Positions 13,310 to 26,249 of a stretch of DNA of 64,000 nt are shown here, one piece after another (positions within the stretch are counted from its first letter, which is position 1; the number at the start of each line of letters is the position of its first letter). A program made the translations under genes and the position numbers. The notes beneath the pieces are model-generated. The model was not told where the DNA came from. It made no database searches and saw nothing but the letters and a program-made list of their open reading frames with translations. Origin of the DNA: Camelus dromedarius (Eukaryota); contig NC_087437.1 of NCBI RefSeq assembly GCF_036321535.1, positions 91,514,001 through 91,578,000 of the forward strand, written 5' to 3'.

Positions 13310-13430
13310 TGCTGTATAACCACTATATGTATGTATATTATACTCTCAGATCTTACTCATCTTATTGTTGAAAATTTGTGCTCTTTTGCCAACTTTTCCT
13401 TATTTCTCAAGTGCCCCTGGCAACCACTTT
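13310..13430 (-). mobile_element. L1M 3' fragment
   Basis: 'ctctcagatcttactcatcttattgttgaaaatttgtgctcttttgccaac...cccctggcaaccact' is typical L1MA/MB 3'UTR antisense. Confidence 0.65.
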
Positions 13431-14213
13431 TGCAATATTGAAAAGCATTTGTCCTTTAGGTTCTGATAATTCCATATGGTTCACTCAGCCCTAGGATGGT
13501 AAATGCTTCCTACAGTTATCTTTCTGTTACCCTAGTGTCCCAAGTTAATGTTACTCTTCTAACACCTAAAATTTAAGGAATTTAACCAATTTTTTATAAA
13601 TAACATCCCTCAGTTAAAATAGGTGTAGCTTGTTTTCCTGAGTAACTGAGTGATACAGTCAATGGCTTTTAAGTTAGATTCTACTATTGTCTATTTGTAT
13701 GAAATGTTTAGTAATGAATTAAAGATAAACATTTCTAAATTAATATTGTATTTTTTTGCTATAAACATATCAGAGAAAATACTTAAAGCAATTATGTCAC
13801 AACAATAGTGATACTTTAAATTGTAAAAGAACACCTTAGAGGTCTTGTCCTATAATTACTTAGAATTATAGTGCCGAACGATCACTTATTACATTAGACT
13901 TTAGAGTTGCATTAAACTTATGCTTTGGGAAGGTTTCACTAAATACTCTTTTAACTATTGAAGGGGAAAACATCTTTTAGTTCCATGGTCTCTGTTTTCT
14001 ACAGCACCAGAATACAAGATTAGGGAGACATCTACACTGCTATGATATGTTAAATACGGACTGAACTAAATGCCTTTAGTTTCTCTTTCTGTAAGTTATT
14101 TGCATTTATGCCACTAAAATGAATCTTCACCATGTCATTTTCTATTCCCAAATCCAATTAATAGATATAGTTCAAAGGGTATTCACTTACGTATTTCTAG
14201 GGGCCATGAGAGT

Positions 14214-14619
14214 CATCTTAGTTTGCTAGAGGTGCCATAATAAAATATCACAGACTGGCTATCTTAAACACAGAAACTTTTTTTCTCACACTTCTAGAGG
14301 CAAGAATTACAAGATCAAGGTGTCAGCAAGTATGATTTCTTCCAGATCCTCTCTCCTTAGCTTCCAGGTGCTCTCTTCTTTCTGTGTGTTCACAAATTTG
14401 TCTTTCTGCCTACATGTGTCTGGAATCTCTCTCTCTCTCTCTTCCTCCTAGTCTCCTCTTCTTATAAAGAAACCAGTCAAATCAGATTAGGATTTACTCT
14501 AACGACTTATTTTAACTTAACTCTTTAAATGCCTTGTCTCAAATACAGTCACACTCTGAAGTACTGAGGGTTTGGGCATGCACGTATGAATTTTAAGGGA
14601 ACCAAATTTAGATTGTAAC
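14214..14619 (-). mobile_element. MaLR solo LTR, MLT1A/B-like
   Basis: 'tcttagtttgctagaggtgccataataaaatatcacagactgg', 'caagatcaaggtgtcagca', 'ctcttcttataaagaaaccagtca', 'tctcaaatacagtcacactctgaagtactgaggg'. Confidence 0.9.
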
Positions 14620-14649
14620 AAGAGAGAAACCATCCAAGAAAAGATTTGA

Positions 14650-14782
14650 CCAATTTTTATAGATGAACTACCTATGAGATTAAATGACTTGCTCAAGTTC
14701 ATTGAGATCGTTAGTGACAGAGTTCAGCCCATAGCACAACATCTTCACACACCAATTTCAAGATCTTTCCATCGCACCACTC
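14650..14782 (-). mobile_element. MIR fragment
   Basis: 'ttttatagatgaac...gagattaaatgactttgctcaagttca...ttagtgacagagtt'. Confidence 0.65.
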
Positions 14783-17179
14783 TTCAGCCATCATTGTATG
14801 AAATGCACTGCTATAAAGTAAGAGATTGTCCATAATATACATGACTGGCATCCTAAAACTATTTTGTCTTTTTCTATTATTTTATTTGTTAATTGCTTGC
14901 TATTATTGTCAACTTTATAAAATGCCACTCTTATTGGAGATTTATTGAACAGGTATAAAACTTATGATGACTTTGACGTATTGATGTTTAGTAAACATTT
15001 TATCCTCCATGATTCCTAAAGATTGCTGTGTATTCTAAAAGAATTCCAGAGGTATTCTGGAAACTTTCACATTTAAATATTGCCCAAAGTCTCTAGAACT
15101 GTATCTACAATCAGGTAACATGAAAAATAAGAAAATATTTTTATATTTTGCAAGCAAATTTGTAAACCATTTACATTTCAAACTAGATTTGTAATATTGT
15201 GAGAGTAAGCATGGAGTGGAAAACAAGGAAAGACAGTGTAATTTCTAAAAAAAAAAAATGGAGGGGTTATATGAGATAGACTCTAAACCATGCTATTTTC
15301 CAAAGGAATATAAATTCCTAGTAAATCATGCAAATGACAAACTGCTTAAACATAAATACAATCAAGAGTAAATTAGAAATGCTTAAAACCAAATTGGAGG
15401 GAGCCAATAAAAATGAATCCAAATTAACTATGTATGTTTTAGGTCTTGAGTTGGAAATGGTAAGCATACTGTGATTTGGAATATTTATAAATAATGTCAT
15501 CCCACATCATAATATATTATGCCAGTCATGTTTCTAGTTGTCCTTTCTTTCAATCACAAATGTCATTTTAATATCCTAGTAATCTCTACAACACAGACTT
15601 CCTTGTCTACAAACACAACTCTTGCCAGTTTAATGTCACCAGATCTGTGATGCTATTATTCTGTAAATGGGTAAGTAGTCCTCTCAGTGAACACAAGCTG
15701 AAACAAAGATATATAAACAAATTACTTGCCTAGTTTTCTACAGATTCTTGATCTTTCATAAAATGTTTGTCTCTTCGCTTGGAACAAGCCTCTTGAATTA
15801 ATAAACATTAGGGAACCATATGCCAGATCTGCTTGAATATAAAGCTTAGTGCTTTATGGCAGTTGGCATAGAACTAAAACAAGAATAAATAAATATCCAG
15901 GGGTCTGATTTGGGAATAAGGTCAAGGCTTTAGAGGCAGGACAGAGGAGCATGTTTCCAAATAGAATTTTGGGACTAAAACATGATTACAGGTATTAAAA
16001 ACAGTCTGGACATTATTACCATAAGTGAAAGTTCCAAATCCAAATCAAATACCCATATGCCTATATGGCCAGGGCCATGGAAGGCAAGCCAGAAAAGTCT
16101 AAAAGGCTGAGCAATTATTATAGAATGGCAATTAGCATCACAGAAGTCAGAGAGTCAGTTTAGTGGTGCAGTTAAAGTGAGAATGAAATTTCAATGGAGA
16201 AAACTAAACAGTAAATTAAGTTTAAACAGTAAAACTTAAAGACAGATAAATGTTTTATCAGGACTTGCACGCAAAGACAGAAGAGCTCAGTTACAATCAG
16301 ACGTATGATGTTCATTTACTATCTGACAATGTGAATAGACTTGTGTCTCATTGGATACATAAGATTTTGTTGCGCACATTCTTGGGCACTCTGCTGACTG
16401 AGATGTCACAGATTCTGTAAAGGTTCAAAAGCTTGACCATGGACATTGATTTTTTAATATGTTATTTTGATCTTATCACAATGAAGGGAACCAAATAAAT
16501 CATCATAAACCAAGATGTTACAAGGGCAGAAATTTCTTTCCAACAAGGAGTAGTCAGAAGGTGTACAATCTTTTGGATTGTCTTAACCTTGCAAAGGTGA
16601 CAAAAGAGCATATGAGAACGATGTAGGACAGTGGCCAGCCACTTCCAGTTGCTGTATCTGGGTATGCCTATTTCCTACATAATCCTGATCACATGACTAT
16701 ATCTCTTTGTTGCAGATTGCACAGCTGGGCAACCAAGTCTTCCCAGTGGTCCTCTAAGTTAAATTCTTATGCTGACAACTCCTGATACCACACATGATTT
16801 TCCCAGTGCCTACACATCTAGATAACTCCACTAAATGCTCAGTTCCGATCTGTAATTTCTCAAGATTCCTAACTATGAACATTGTTAAGACTTCTGTAGA
16901 CTATAAAATAGGAATAAAGCAAAGTCCTTGATTTCACAGTTTAGGCTCTAATGAATAAAATAGGCTTTCTTCACAGGGAAACTAAGGAAACAAGACAGGG
17001 ATTCAAGCATAGAGGAAAATAAACTCGTGAGATTTCAGAGTTATTCCTAGCTTATTCTCATCACCTTCTACTTAATCCTTTTTTTTTTTTCAATTCCATC
17101 TATATATTTTCTTTGACCAATTTGTGTCAGAGTTTTAGCAAAATGGGATGAATCAGAGATTTAAAACTTAATTTTGAGC

Positions 17180-18060
17180 TCTTCCTAGATAACTTTACCT
17201 AAATGAAATCGATATAACTTAGTGTGTCCCAAACTGAATTCATCACTGTCTTCTTACCACTCCTTACACCAGTTTTTCTTCTTAAATTCCCCCATCTCAT
17301 TTCAACGGTTCAATGTTTTCCCCCAACAGGAAACCTTAGAGACATCCCAGATCTACCTAGTTTCCTCATTCTCCAAATCTTGCCACCTCGGTTTTTTCCC
17401 ATTTAAAATATTGTTCTGTTCATTCACATTTTTCTGTGTCTCTATTGCTCTCGTTTTCTAGAATTGCTGTTTTCAACTGGTTTCATAATGTTCTCCTTGT
17501 CTTATTTCATTTTATTCTAATCAGGGCTAAACTTAACAACCACAACCACAGTTTTGTTCTTTTTTTCTAAAGTGCAAACTAATCATTTCAATTTTGACTC
17601 CAAGTTCCTCCAGAGTTTCTCATTTATAAACATATAAAGCCCTTCATGTATGATTCATTGTGATAAAGCTTAGTCCAGCTGTTCAGTCGGATCTATCCCT
17701 ATACATCTAGTGTATTTATTTAGCAATATTTAACCACAAATTTGTCCTGAGCTTATTCATTGTCAGGCCTTTGCGTATTTCCTTTGTCTAGAATATGCTC
17801 ATACTTTGTGTTCAGTCACCAAAGTATTCATCTCTGCAAAGTTTTCCTGAACCCTCTCAGGCAGGGATGTGATTACTTTCTGTCTGCTTTCACTCTTTTT
17901 TTCATACATTTCCATGAACTCAGTGATCACACTGTATTGAACCAATTCATTAGTATTTTGTCTGCCTTGTCTCTAGAATATATACTCTGGGTGAAGAAGG
18001 ACTGATCTTATTATTATGAGTAAATAACTTGGCAGTAAGCCTGTTAATTAAATGGTGTTT
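17180..18060 (+). mobile_element. L2 LINE 3' region (degenerate)
   Basis: L2-like motifs 'gtgtcccaaactgaattcatca', 'caggaaaccttagagacatcc', 'tctaaagtgcaaactaatcat', 'tcaggcctttgc...ctagaatatgctc'. Confidence 0.7.
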
Positions 18061-18219
18061 ACCAAAGCACTAAAGGCAGCTGGACTTTTCTGATAGATTT
18101 TAAATTAGTGTCCTTTATATCTTTTCTCTATAGAAATAGGATAATTTAAAGCATGTGAAGTTAGTAGAGTGGACTAGGAGTCACATCACCCAGTTGTGGG
18201 AATTGGGAAGAGAAAATTC

Positions 18220-18616
18220 TATGAATCAGGAAAAGCTAGGTTACACCATGAGGACAAAAACCCCCAAATCGCTGTAGTTTAATAATTAATGTTTACCTTT
18301 TACTCGTCAAACCAGCTGTGAATATGTGTCCTTCCAGGGCGTCTCTCCTCTGAGACATCTCAGCAACACATATTGATGGAGTCTGCACGATACAGACTTC
18401 CCTGTTTCCACAGTCAGCATGACAAAGAAACAGAGCATGGAGAATTGCCTGTTAATTCTTTTGTATTTCTGCCAGGAGCTGATTCACTTTTCACTGACTT
18501 ATTTTTCATTGGCAAAAGTAAGTCCTATAGCTGTACTGAACTTCAAGGGTACAAAGAAGCATGATGCCCGGGAAGAGAGAACATAAGAAACATGGCTTTC
18601 TATAATAATGATACAG
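18220..18616 (-). mobile_element. Old MaLR LTR (MLT1J/K/L-like)
   Basis: 'gctaggttac...aaacccccaaatc', 'tttcattggcaaaagtaagtcctatagctgtactgaacttcaaggg' are typical of old MLT1 in reverse orientation. Confidence 0.7.
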
Positions 18617-19077
18617 GAGCTAAATAACAACAATTATTTTTAAAAAGGCTTTAATATTAAATATTTTCAAGCCAGTTTAATGCATTACAGTGATACCATT
18701 TTATAACAGATCAAATATCAATTGATACAAGTGATAAAATTTTTTAAAATATATGGTTGACTCTTTTGTGTTTCTGATTAGATAATGTCTTCTAAGGCTA
18801 GCTTATATTAAAAAAATAAATCATGTGATTTAATGTGGTGGGAAAGCTACCTATTTGAAGACTGTGGTAAAAATATGTGGCTGTGTACCCTGAAACAACT
18901 GAGCATTAGGAAAACTATGTTTGAACACTATAAAATGTATTAAATGTTTGTATCAGTTTATATCATCATTAAATATACATTAAAGAAAACTAATTTCCAA
19001 TTTCTAAAATAGTTTGAATATGTACTTGTATGATTGGATTATATAATTGTTGTTTAGAAAGGAGAGGGTTAAAATTA

Positions 19078-19281
19078 ACCACTATATATAAAAATAAATA
19101 AAAAACAAATTTCTTCTGTATAGCACAGGGAACTATATTCAATATCTTGTAATAACCATTAATAAAAAAATGAAAATGAATATATGTATATATACGCATG
19201 ACTGGGACATTATGCTGTACACCAGAAATTGACACAATGTAACTAACTACAATTTAGTTAAAAAAAAAAAAAAAGAAAAAA
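19078..19281 (+). mobile_element. Young LINE-1 3' terminal fragment with poly(A) tail
   Basis: 'actatatataaaa...ctgtatagcacagggaactatattcaatatcttgta...tgctgtacaccagaaattgacaca...' then an A-rich tail. Homologous to 21105-21310 in this window. Confidence 0.92.
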
Positions 19282-20720
19282 CAAGCCACAGCACTGCTAC
19301 TAACACAAAAGGGTAAAAAAAGCAAGAGTTTAATCGCTGTAAAATGTTAAGCCTTGCCAGCACCACTTTATTCCATAAACTTTACATGGATGTTTTTCTA
19401 CTTAAGATGCTGTATTTTAAAGCAGTTATTATTGCTACATAAATTATATGCAAATAGTGTATAATTTCTTAATTTCTCTTAGGTGGAGTTCTTTCTGTCA
19501 TCTATGTTTTTGTGTGTGCTCTTAGTGATTATGTCTCAAGAATTGCTTCAACCCTCTTTGTGACTATAATGAAACTGCCCTTTTGTATTACAAAAAAAGC
19601 AAAAACAAACAAACAAACTTCTTTTTGTCAATATCTCTCTAGATTGCACAGCAGTCAATCTTTTGGTGATTTTATACTTGGTATTAATTCATTTGAATAA
19701 CTACTAAACCATCCCACGTCCCCACATAATTTGATTTGTTAGGATGACAGCAGATGTTATGTTGAGTACAAAATCCCTCCAGTTTTGTTTCTGCCTCTCC
19801 TCCCTGTTCCTGTCACACATCAAATACTCATGACAGTTAACTTTCTTTCTCAGAAGGTGATTTGAGTTTTCTTTCCCAGCTGCTTTTAAACAATCTTTAT
19901 TTCTTCCTAAAATTATGGGGGATTAACAACGTTCCCTTTCTCTGTCCTCTACCTTCTGTTCCAGGATATTCATAGGTAAGGGCCATCACACATCATAATA
20001 CAACCGTGCATTTCAAGCGGAGGGAGAACTGAAGTCAGAGTAGGAAGAATCTCTCCTTTAGGACTACCGAGAATTTGGAGACTCTCGACTTGAGGAAACA
20101 CAAGGTCATAAAATTATTTTAAAGGGATTCTAGGCATGTTTATATCATGCTCCTTTTCTGCCTATTATTTATTTATCTTTTGCAATTTTCTCCTTACCTA
20201 GCATTGAATTTTGAACATGTTACTAGGTAACAAAATTATAACTTTATAGGCCCCTAGCCAGGCCCAAATTTAGGAAATCTTTAATGTGTGGTAACCCCAG
20301 CTCCTATCTAATATTGGTGGAATCTACTGACACCTGGGAGACCTCTGAGGGAGATGGGCGATGTGGACTTCTATCAGACTCCATCAATGTACTTCCCCAT
20401 GTCATTGTAGAAGGATCTTGTTTTGAAACATTGTCATATGTATATGAATGTATGTATAAAGCCCTAGAATCATAAAATATCTGCTTGGAGGTTTATTTAA
20501 TTTGTAATAATTTTCCTTTTATTTCATGTGTTGCCTAAGCATGTATTAGATATAAGTTGCTTATTCTTAAATTGGCCCTGACACCTTAAAAGGGAATGCT
20601 GTAATATTTTTGGATGCTCACTTTTTCTTTAATTAAATCATTTAACATATGTATTAGAAGATATAGAGCAGAGATAGATTTTATTTGCAAAGAAAGTAGT
20701 ATGAGTACATTACACATGCC

Positions 20721-21313
20721 TACATGCACCTTAATATTCATAGCAGCACTATTTACAATAGCCAAGACATGGTAGCAACCTAAATGTACATCAACAGATG
20801 ACTGGATAAAGAAGCTGTGGTATATGTATATAGTGGAATACTACTCAGCCATAAAAAGAATAAAATAATGCCACTTTCAGCAACATGGTTGGACCTGGAA
20901 ATCACCATTCTCAGTGAAGTAAGCCAGCAAGAGAAAGAAAAGTACCATATAACACCACTCATATGTGGAATCTAAAAAAAGAAAAAGGACTAATGAACTT
21001 ATCTACAAAACAGAAACAGACTCACAGACATAGTAAACAATCTTATGGTTACTGGGGAGAAATGGGGTGGGAAGGGATAAATTGAGAGTTTGAGATTTGC
21101 AAATACTACATATATATAAAATAGATAAACAACAAGTCTTTTCTGTATAGCACAGGGAACTATAGTCAATATCTAGTAGTAAAACATAATGAAAAAGAAT
21201 ATGAAAACAAATATATGTATGTATATGTATGACTAACACATTATGCTGTACACCAGAAATTGACACAACACCGTAAACTGAGTATAATAGTTCAATTAAA
21301 GAAAAAAATAAAA
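20721..21313 (+). mobile_element. Young 5'-truncated LINE-1 (ORF2 C-terminus, 3'UTR, A tail)
   Basis: Reads TCTLIFIAALFTIAKTW*QPKCTSTDDWIKKLWYMYIVEYYSAIK, followed by a 3'UTR ('gggtgggaagggataaattgagagtttgagatttgc') and an A-rich end. Confidence 0.95.
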
Positions 21314-21479
21314 TCTTCCAAATTCCCACTTTAAGACTATTAAGGTGACCTGGATTATATTTTACACCAGTGATTTATGTTCACTATCAAAAGTTCATAT
21401 CCCACTGCAACCTATTTAACTAGTGAAAGAAAATATTCATTTTAATGAATTTTAATGACAATTTAAAAAATAATAAACA

Positions 21480-21592
21480 ATAATTACCATCTATTCAACA
21501 TTTACTATGAACCACAAAATATGCTAACACTTTATTTACATTAACTCTATGAAATAATTACTGTTGTACACAATTCTTACATACAGAAATAG
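21480..21592 (-). mobile_element. MIR fragment
   Basis: 'taattaccatctattcaacatttactatgaacca...tgctaacactttatttacattaactc'. Confidence 0.5.
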
Positions 21593-22985
21593 TTTAAAAA
21601 AATAATTTCACACTGCCTGCCTGAAAAGGGCTATGAACACTTCAGTATAGAGAAAAGTCATTAGTTAAACCTCCACTGACAGCAGAGGTGGGGATGCATT
21701 ATCTTCCATAAGAATGTCTTTCTTTTATCATAACAGCACACTAGTAGTTAGCATGCCCAGTGTGAGTAGTCTAACATTTTGCGATTTTCAATTCTGAAAT
21801 ATTTCATGCTTACTAGAGAATCAAATTTACATTTTGATTTTCTATTTTCTTCATGGTTAACTTTGTAAACTTTTGAAGTATTATCATTTCAATTAATGTT
21901 TTCTACTTTATTCTTCTTCTGGGTGATAAGGTCAGACTACAGATAATACACTTCTTGTGATGAATGCTTGTTCTATTTTTGTAGTTTGTTCATTTTCCTA
22001 AGAAAACATTATGACATGGCTGGCAACAATTGCAAATAAGATTTTCTTATAATTACTTCAAAGCAAGAAACATTTCACAAGGCATCCACAGCATGTCTCT
22101 GCTGTTGTTGATCTTTTGACTTTTATTGTGATCTCCTTAAATTTATTTAGGAAATCCAAAGATCTAATATACCATGGGCTTTAATTTATTAAACTCACTT
22201 ATTTATTCTGACACTTGCTACTATTCCCAGAGACACTGCTTCTAGATAGACCACTGGCTTGACTGGTATAACTGAATTTAGCTAATAATTGTTCAATAAC
22301 TCAGAATATTTGTATCATTTGCATGTGTGCAAATTAAGCTACTATGCACTATAGTCTTTCGCCAAAAAAAGTTTGATAAATAATTATGTTTGAATGGATG
22401 AAATCCAATTTCCCAGAGATTATGAGATTTTTGTGGTCTGAAAGCTGCCAAATGGCACACATGGTTCTAGAAAGGGCACTCGTTTTGTGATTCCTAGTCT
22501 ATACCATTTATATTATTTCAACAGAAATATTATGAAGGAAAAAGAAGAAAGGAATATACACTTTTCTTCCTAAAATAAAAATGGGCTGAATTTGGAGTTT
22601 TTAAACACAATTCCAACTGGATCTGAATCAGCATTAGGCAACTTCCCCGCAGTCTGGCACAGGCCGGCAGAGTTGGCACCCGGTGCTCTGCTAAGGCCCA
22701 GGACTTGACAAGTGCTTTTGGACGGAGGTGTAGTGGCACAGCTGTCTTGGGGACCTGATGGGAAATGTGTCTAAAATATTTTTGTAGCCAATATTAGCTA
22801 CTACTTCTCTTTTTCTTTTTCATACGCATTTATCAAATTAGAAACAAACATAAAAAAGTGATATTGCTAGAATTAAGGACATTTATTATGATTACAATTA
22901 AAAAAGAATATTATAAATATCAATATCAGAAAAAAAAGAGTAAAAATAACATCAATAAGAAATCATGTAAAATAAAAGGAAGGGG

Positions 22986-23017
22986 TATGTGTATGTGTGT
23001 GTGTGTGTGTGTGTGTG
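22986..23017. repeat. (TG)n microsatellite
   Basis: tatgtgtatgtgtgtgtgtgtgtgtgtgtgtg seen directly. Confidence 0.95.
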
Positions 23018-23943
23018 GAACATTAGTTACATTTTCTAGCATTCAATTTTTCCCCTGTGGTTCTGGTTAAAGTTAAGGTCACTCTTAAAATATTTCTGTT
23101 CACTTTGTAAAAAAACAAAGGAAAGCGGGCAAAGTAATGCTTGCTCTACACTCATTGTTCCAGAGTTATTAAATAAGTTGAAAAAATAATCAAACCAGTT
23201 ACAGCATGTTAATCATTTATAAACAGGAGCATCAGGTAATTGAACATATTAGTTCTACAACAGGTACATGTTTAAATGGGTATATGTGAGCAAAAATACT
23301 TCATAGTGTTTCAATTTATTTCCCAAAGTGTCTTGGAAAAATAAGTTGAAGGATGATAAAAATATAAACTGAAAAGAAAAAATTCTTATTAATAATTTTA
23401 TCCAGCTTCTTTGAACATAATCATATAGCAGTTAGTGCCGCCTTACTGAAACTTTAAATGGTAGTTAAATGTTTTCAACTTTGACTTTTTTTTTTCACCG
23501 TCTATTGAAATGAGAATAAAAGTACATAAACCTATCTGCAAAAAGAAAAACAAATTGTATTACTTTTGTTTAAAATCACTTGAAATAAAAATATTAATAT
23601 TGGTTTTTAGTGTATTTGTAGAATGTATAGTGTAGCAATGTATAATCTGGATAATAGTTGGATTACCATATTTTGAAAACGCACTGTCCAAAGTTCTACG
23701 TTAGTCCCCAGAGATATAAAGATGACAAGGACTGCATCTTTGCCCCCCCCCCCACTGAATTTACAGTCTAGTGAGGACCTTTGAAATTTAAATTTGGGGA
23801 TAACTGATATAACAATGAAAATAAAGTTGTCCTACAGTAGTATAACAAAACATCTAAACATTAAGAAAGGGCAATATCCGAAAATAAAGAGGAATTAGCC
23901 AGAGATTGATTCAAAGATAATAAGCAAGAAAAAAATAAACCTA

Positions 23944-24234
23944 TGGATGGTGGACTGCAAAAATGGCCTCAGTCCTTCATTTTACCCCAAATCCACATCC
24001 TTTGGTGTGCAAACTTGCAGTGCTGTCTCACTCTGACAGTGGGCCACTCAGTCACATGATTTACTTTTGGCAATAGGCTATCAGCAACCAGATGTAGGCA
24101 GAGACTTGTAAAGGCCCTGGCCTTTCTTCATTTTGCTTTTGTTTTCTGAAATTGCCATGGGGAGAGTGAGGAGAAGCACAATGACAGAATGCAATAGGGT
24201 GAGAGAAGCATGCAGAAAACAGATAATGAATTAG
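23944..24234 (+). mobile_element. Old MLT1 (G/H-like) LTR, 5' part, interrupted
   Basis: 'tggtggactgcaaaaatggcctcag', 'ctcagtcacatgatttacttttggcaatagg', 'gcagagacttgtaaagg'. Confidence 0.7.
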
Positions 24235-24682
24235 TGTATTAGTTTCCCAAGTGGCTTAAAACAGCAGAGATTTAGTCTCTGACAATTCTGGTGGCCAGAT
24301 GTCTGAAATCAGTGTCACTGGGCCAAAATCAAGGTGTTGGCAGGGTCACACATCCCCCAAGTGCTGTAAGGAAGAATTTTTTCCAGCTTCTGGTGGCTGC
24401 CAGCATTCCTTGGCCTGTAGACACATTGTTCTAATCTCCACCTCCAAGGTCATACTGTCTTCTCTTCTCTGTGTTCTCTCTATAATCTCCTCCTGCCTCT
24501 CTCTTACAACGACACTTGTGGTTTCACTTAGGACCCAGCCACATAATCCAAGATAATCTCCCCATCTCAAAACCCTTAACTCAATCAAATCTGCAAAGAC
24601 TTTTTTCCCACGTAAGGCAATATTTACAAATTCTAGGGATTAGTATCACATTTTTTTTTTTTAGCACATTTAATGTACCACA
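24235..24682 (-). mobile_element. MLT1E-like LTR of a deleted MaLR provirus
   Basis: 'tgtattagtttccc', 'gtggcttaaaacagcagagattt', 'ccaaaatcaaggtgttggcagg', 'ccagcttctggtggctgccagcattccttggc', 'ataatccaagataatctccccatctcaaaacccttaac'. Confidence 0.88.
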
Positions 24683-25120
24683 GTCTTTCCTCTGGTCTTT
24701 CATCCATGGCACATGCAAAATACATTTGCCACATTCCAACATTCCCAAATGTCTTAATTGATTATTGCATCAGCTCAGTTCCAAGATCTCACCAAAATAT
24801 TACCAGATCAAAAGTCTCAAACCTCATGATCTAAATCACTTAAATCAGATATGTGTGAGACTGTGCGACTCATCCTAGAACAAAATCCGCCCCCGTCTGT
24901 GGACATGTGAAACTAGGAAACAAGTTAGATGCTTCCAAAATACAATGAAGGCAGATGGGGCAGGCACAGGATAAGAGACATTCCTATTCCAAAAGGAAGA
25001 AAATGGAAGGAAGAAAATCACCAATTCCAAGCAACTAAAATTTGCCAGTAGGGCAAATTCCATTAAGTTTCAAGGCTAAGAAACTTCTGTGGGTTGAAGT
25101 CTCCAGACTCTGGGCTCATT
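24683..25120 (-). mobile_element. MLT1 internal region remnant
   Basis: Directly follows the LTR. MLT-int-like 'cacatgcaaaatacatt', 'gcttccaaaatacaatg', 'gacattcctattccaaaagg', 'gggcaaattccattaagtttcaaggct'. Confidence 0.75.
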
Positions 25121-25323
25121 CGCTTTTATAAGGACTCGTAAGATTACATTTTATGCCTATCCTGATAATCCAGGATAATTTCCCCATCTCAAGATCCTTA
25201 GTCATATCAAGATCCTTAACTTAGTAATATCTGCAAAGACTCTTTCCTAATACGGTGATTTACAAGCGTCAAGGATTAGGACCTGACATTTGGGGGGGGG
25301 GGGGCATTTTTCAACCCACCATA
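25121..25323 (-). mobile_element. Second (partial) MLT1E-like LTR
   Basis: Direct repeat of the distal part of the first LTR: 'ataatccaggataatttccccatctcaagatcctta...atctgcaaagactc' versus about 24543-24602. Confidence 0.82.
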
Positions 25324-25430
25324 TGCAGTCATCCCAGCCAAGGCCAATATAGATCAGTAGGTGCAACCAACTAAGACCAGCCCAAATCACAGACTCAGAG
25401 ACGCAAACACTAAAGAAATGTTTAGCGTGG
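25324..25430 (+). mobile_element. Old MLT1 (G/H-like) LTR, 3' continuation
   Basis: 'gtcatcccagccaaggccaatatagatcag...cagcccaaatcacagactcagag' continues the element begun at 23944. Confidence 0.6.
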
Positions 25431-26249
25431 AGACTGTAAAGAGTTGGTTTCTCAGTTACTATACCAGCTGTTCAGAAAGAAAAGTTAAAACACTATGATA
25501 AGTTGTGCAGTGTGGAGTTCTCAGTCTGCAAACTACCGTCCCTCAGTTACCACCCTGTGACTTCTCTACTCGACATAACAAGGATACCAAGTACCAGTTT
25601 TTCCAGTGGTATAGTCTGTGAGATTTGGCTAATGGTGCATCCAATCTGGTTTTTGAAAGGACGTCTGAATGCTTCTTCTGCTTCAAATGCCTCAGTGCTT
25701 TTCCATTGTCCTTGTAATAATTATAAATTTTAAATAGGCTCAATGTGGCTCAACTGAGAAATGAGTTTCCTTCAGAAAGCAGTGCTTTTGTGGAGGGAAG
25801 AAATCTTTTCATACTTGAACATTTTCTAATTAATTATTTATTGTATACTGAGGTTGGCGTGAGTACAAGGAAGCTATCATCTCAAAAGGCAGTTAAAATT
25901 TTTTTTTCTCTTCAGCATCATGAGGAAAAATATGTTTCCAACTTTTGTGAGAAGGCCAAGGTGTCCTATATGATATATATGATAAACTTTGAGTTGGATC
26001 TATAGGGGGTCTGGAAAGTGTTAACTGGAAGGAGGGCAGAGCTTGTGTGGCTGGCCACGGCTGGTGTGGCACCAACATGCCAGATTGTTTACATGTGTAT
26101 TTCATGACTACTTGTCTGAAGAGAAGGGTGTATTTCTGGATCATTTTTGAGTTTTTTTTTCACTTATGTTATTCCAACAGTTTAATGATGATCTAAAAAA
26201 ATAATAGGTTATAACTTAGAAAAAAAAGTTGGGAGGAAAAAAAGACAAG

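Noticed and set aside
15890..16330. Possible ancient Gypsy-type or ERV LTR remnant
   Set aside because: The resemblance is too weak to name or delimit without a profile search.
20780..21329. Two minus-strand ORFs (60 and 108 aa)
   Set aside because: They are antisense reads of an L1 3' end, a common source of spurious predicted proteins.
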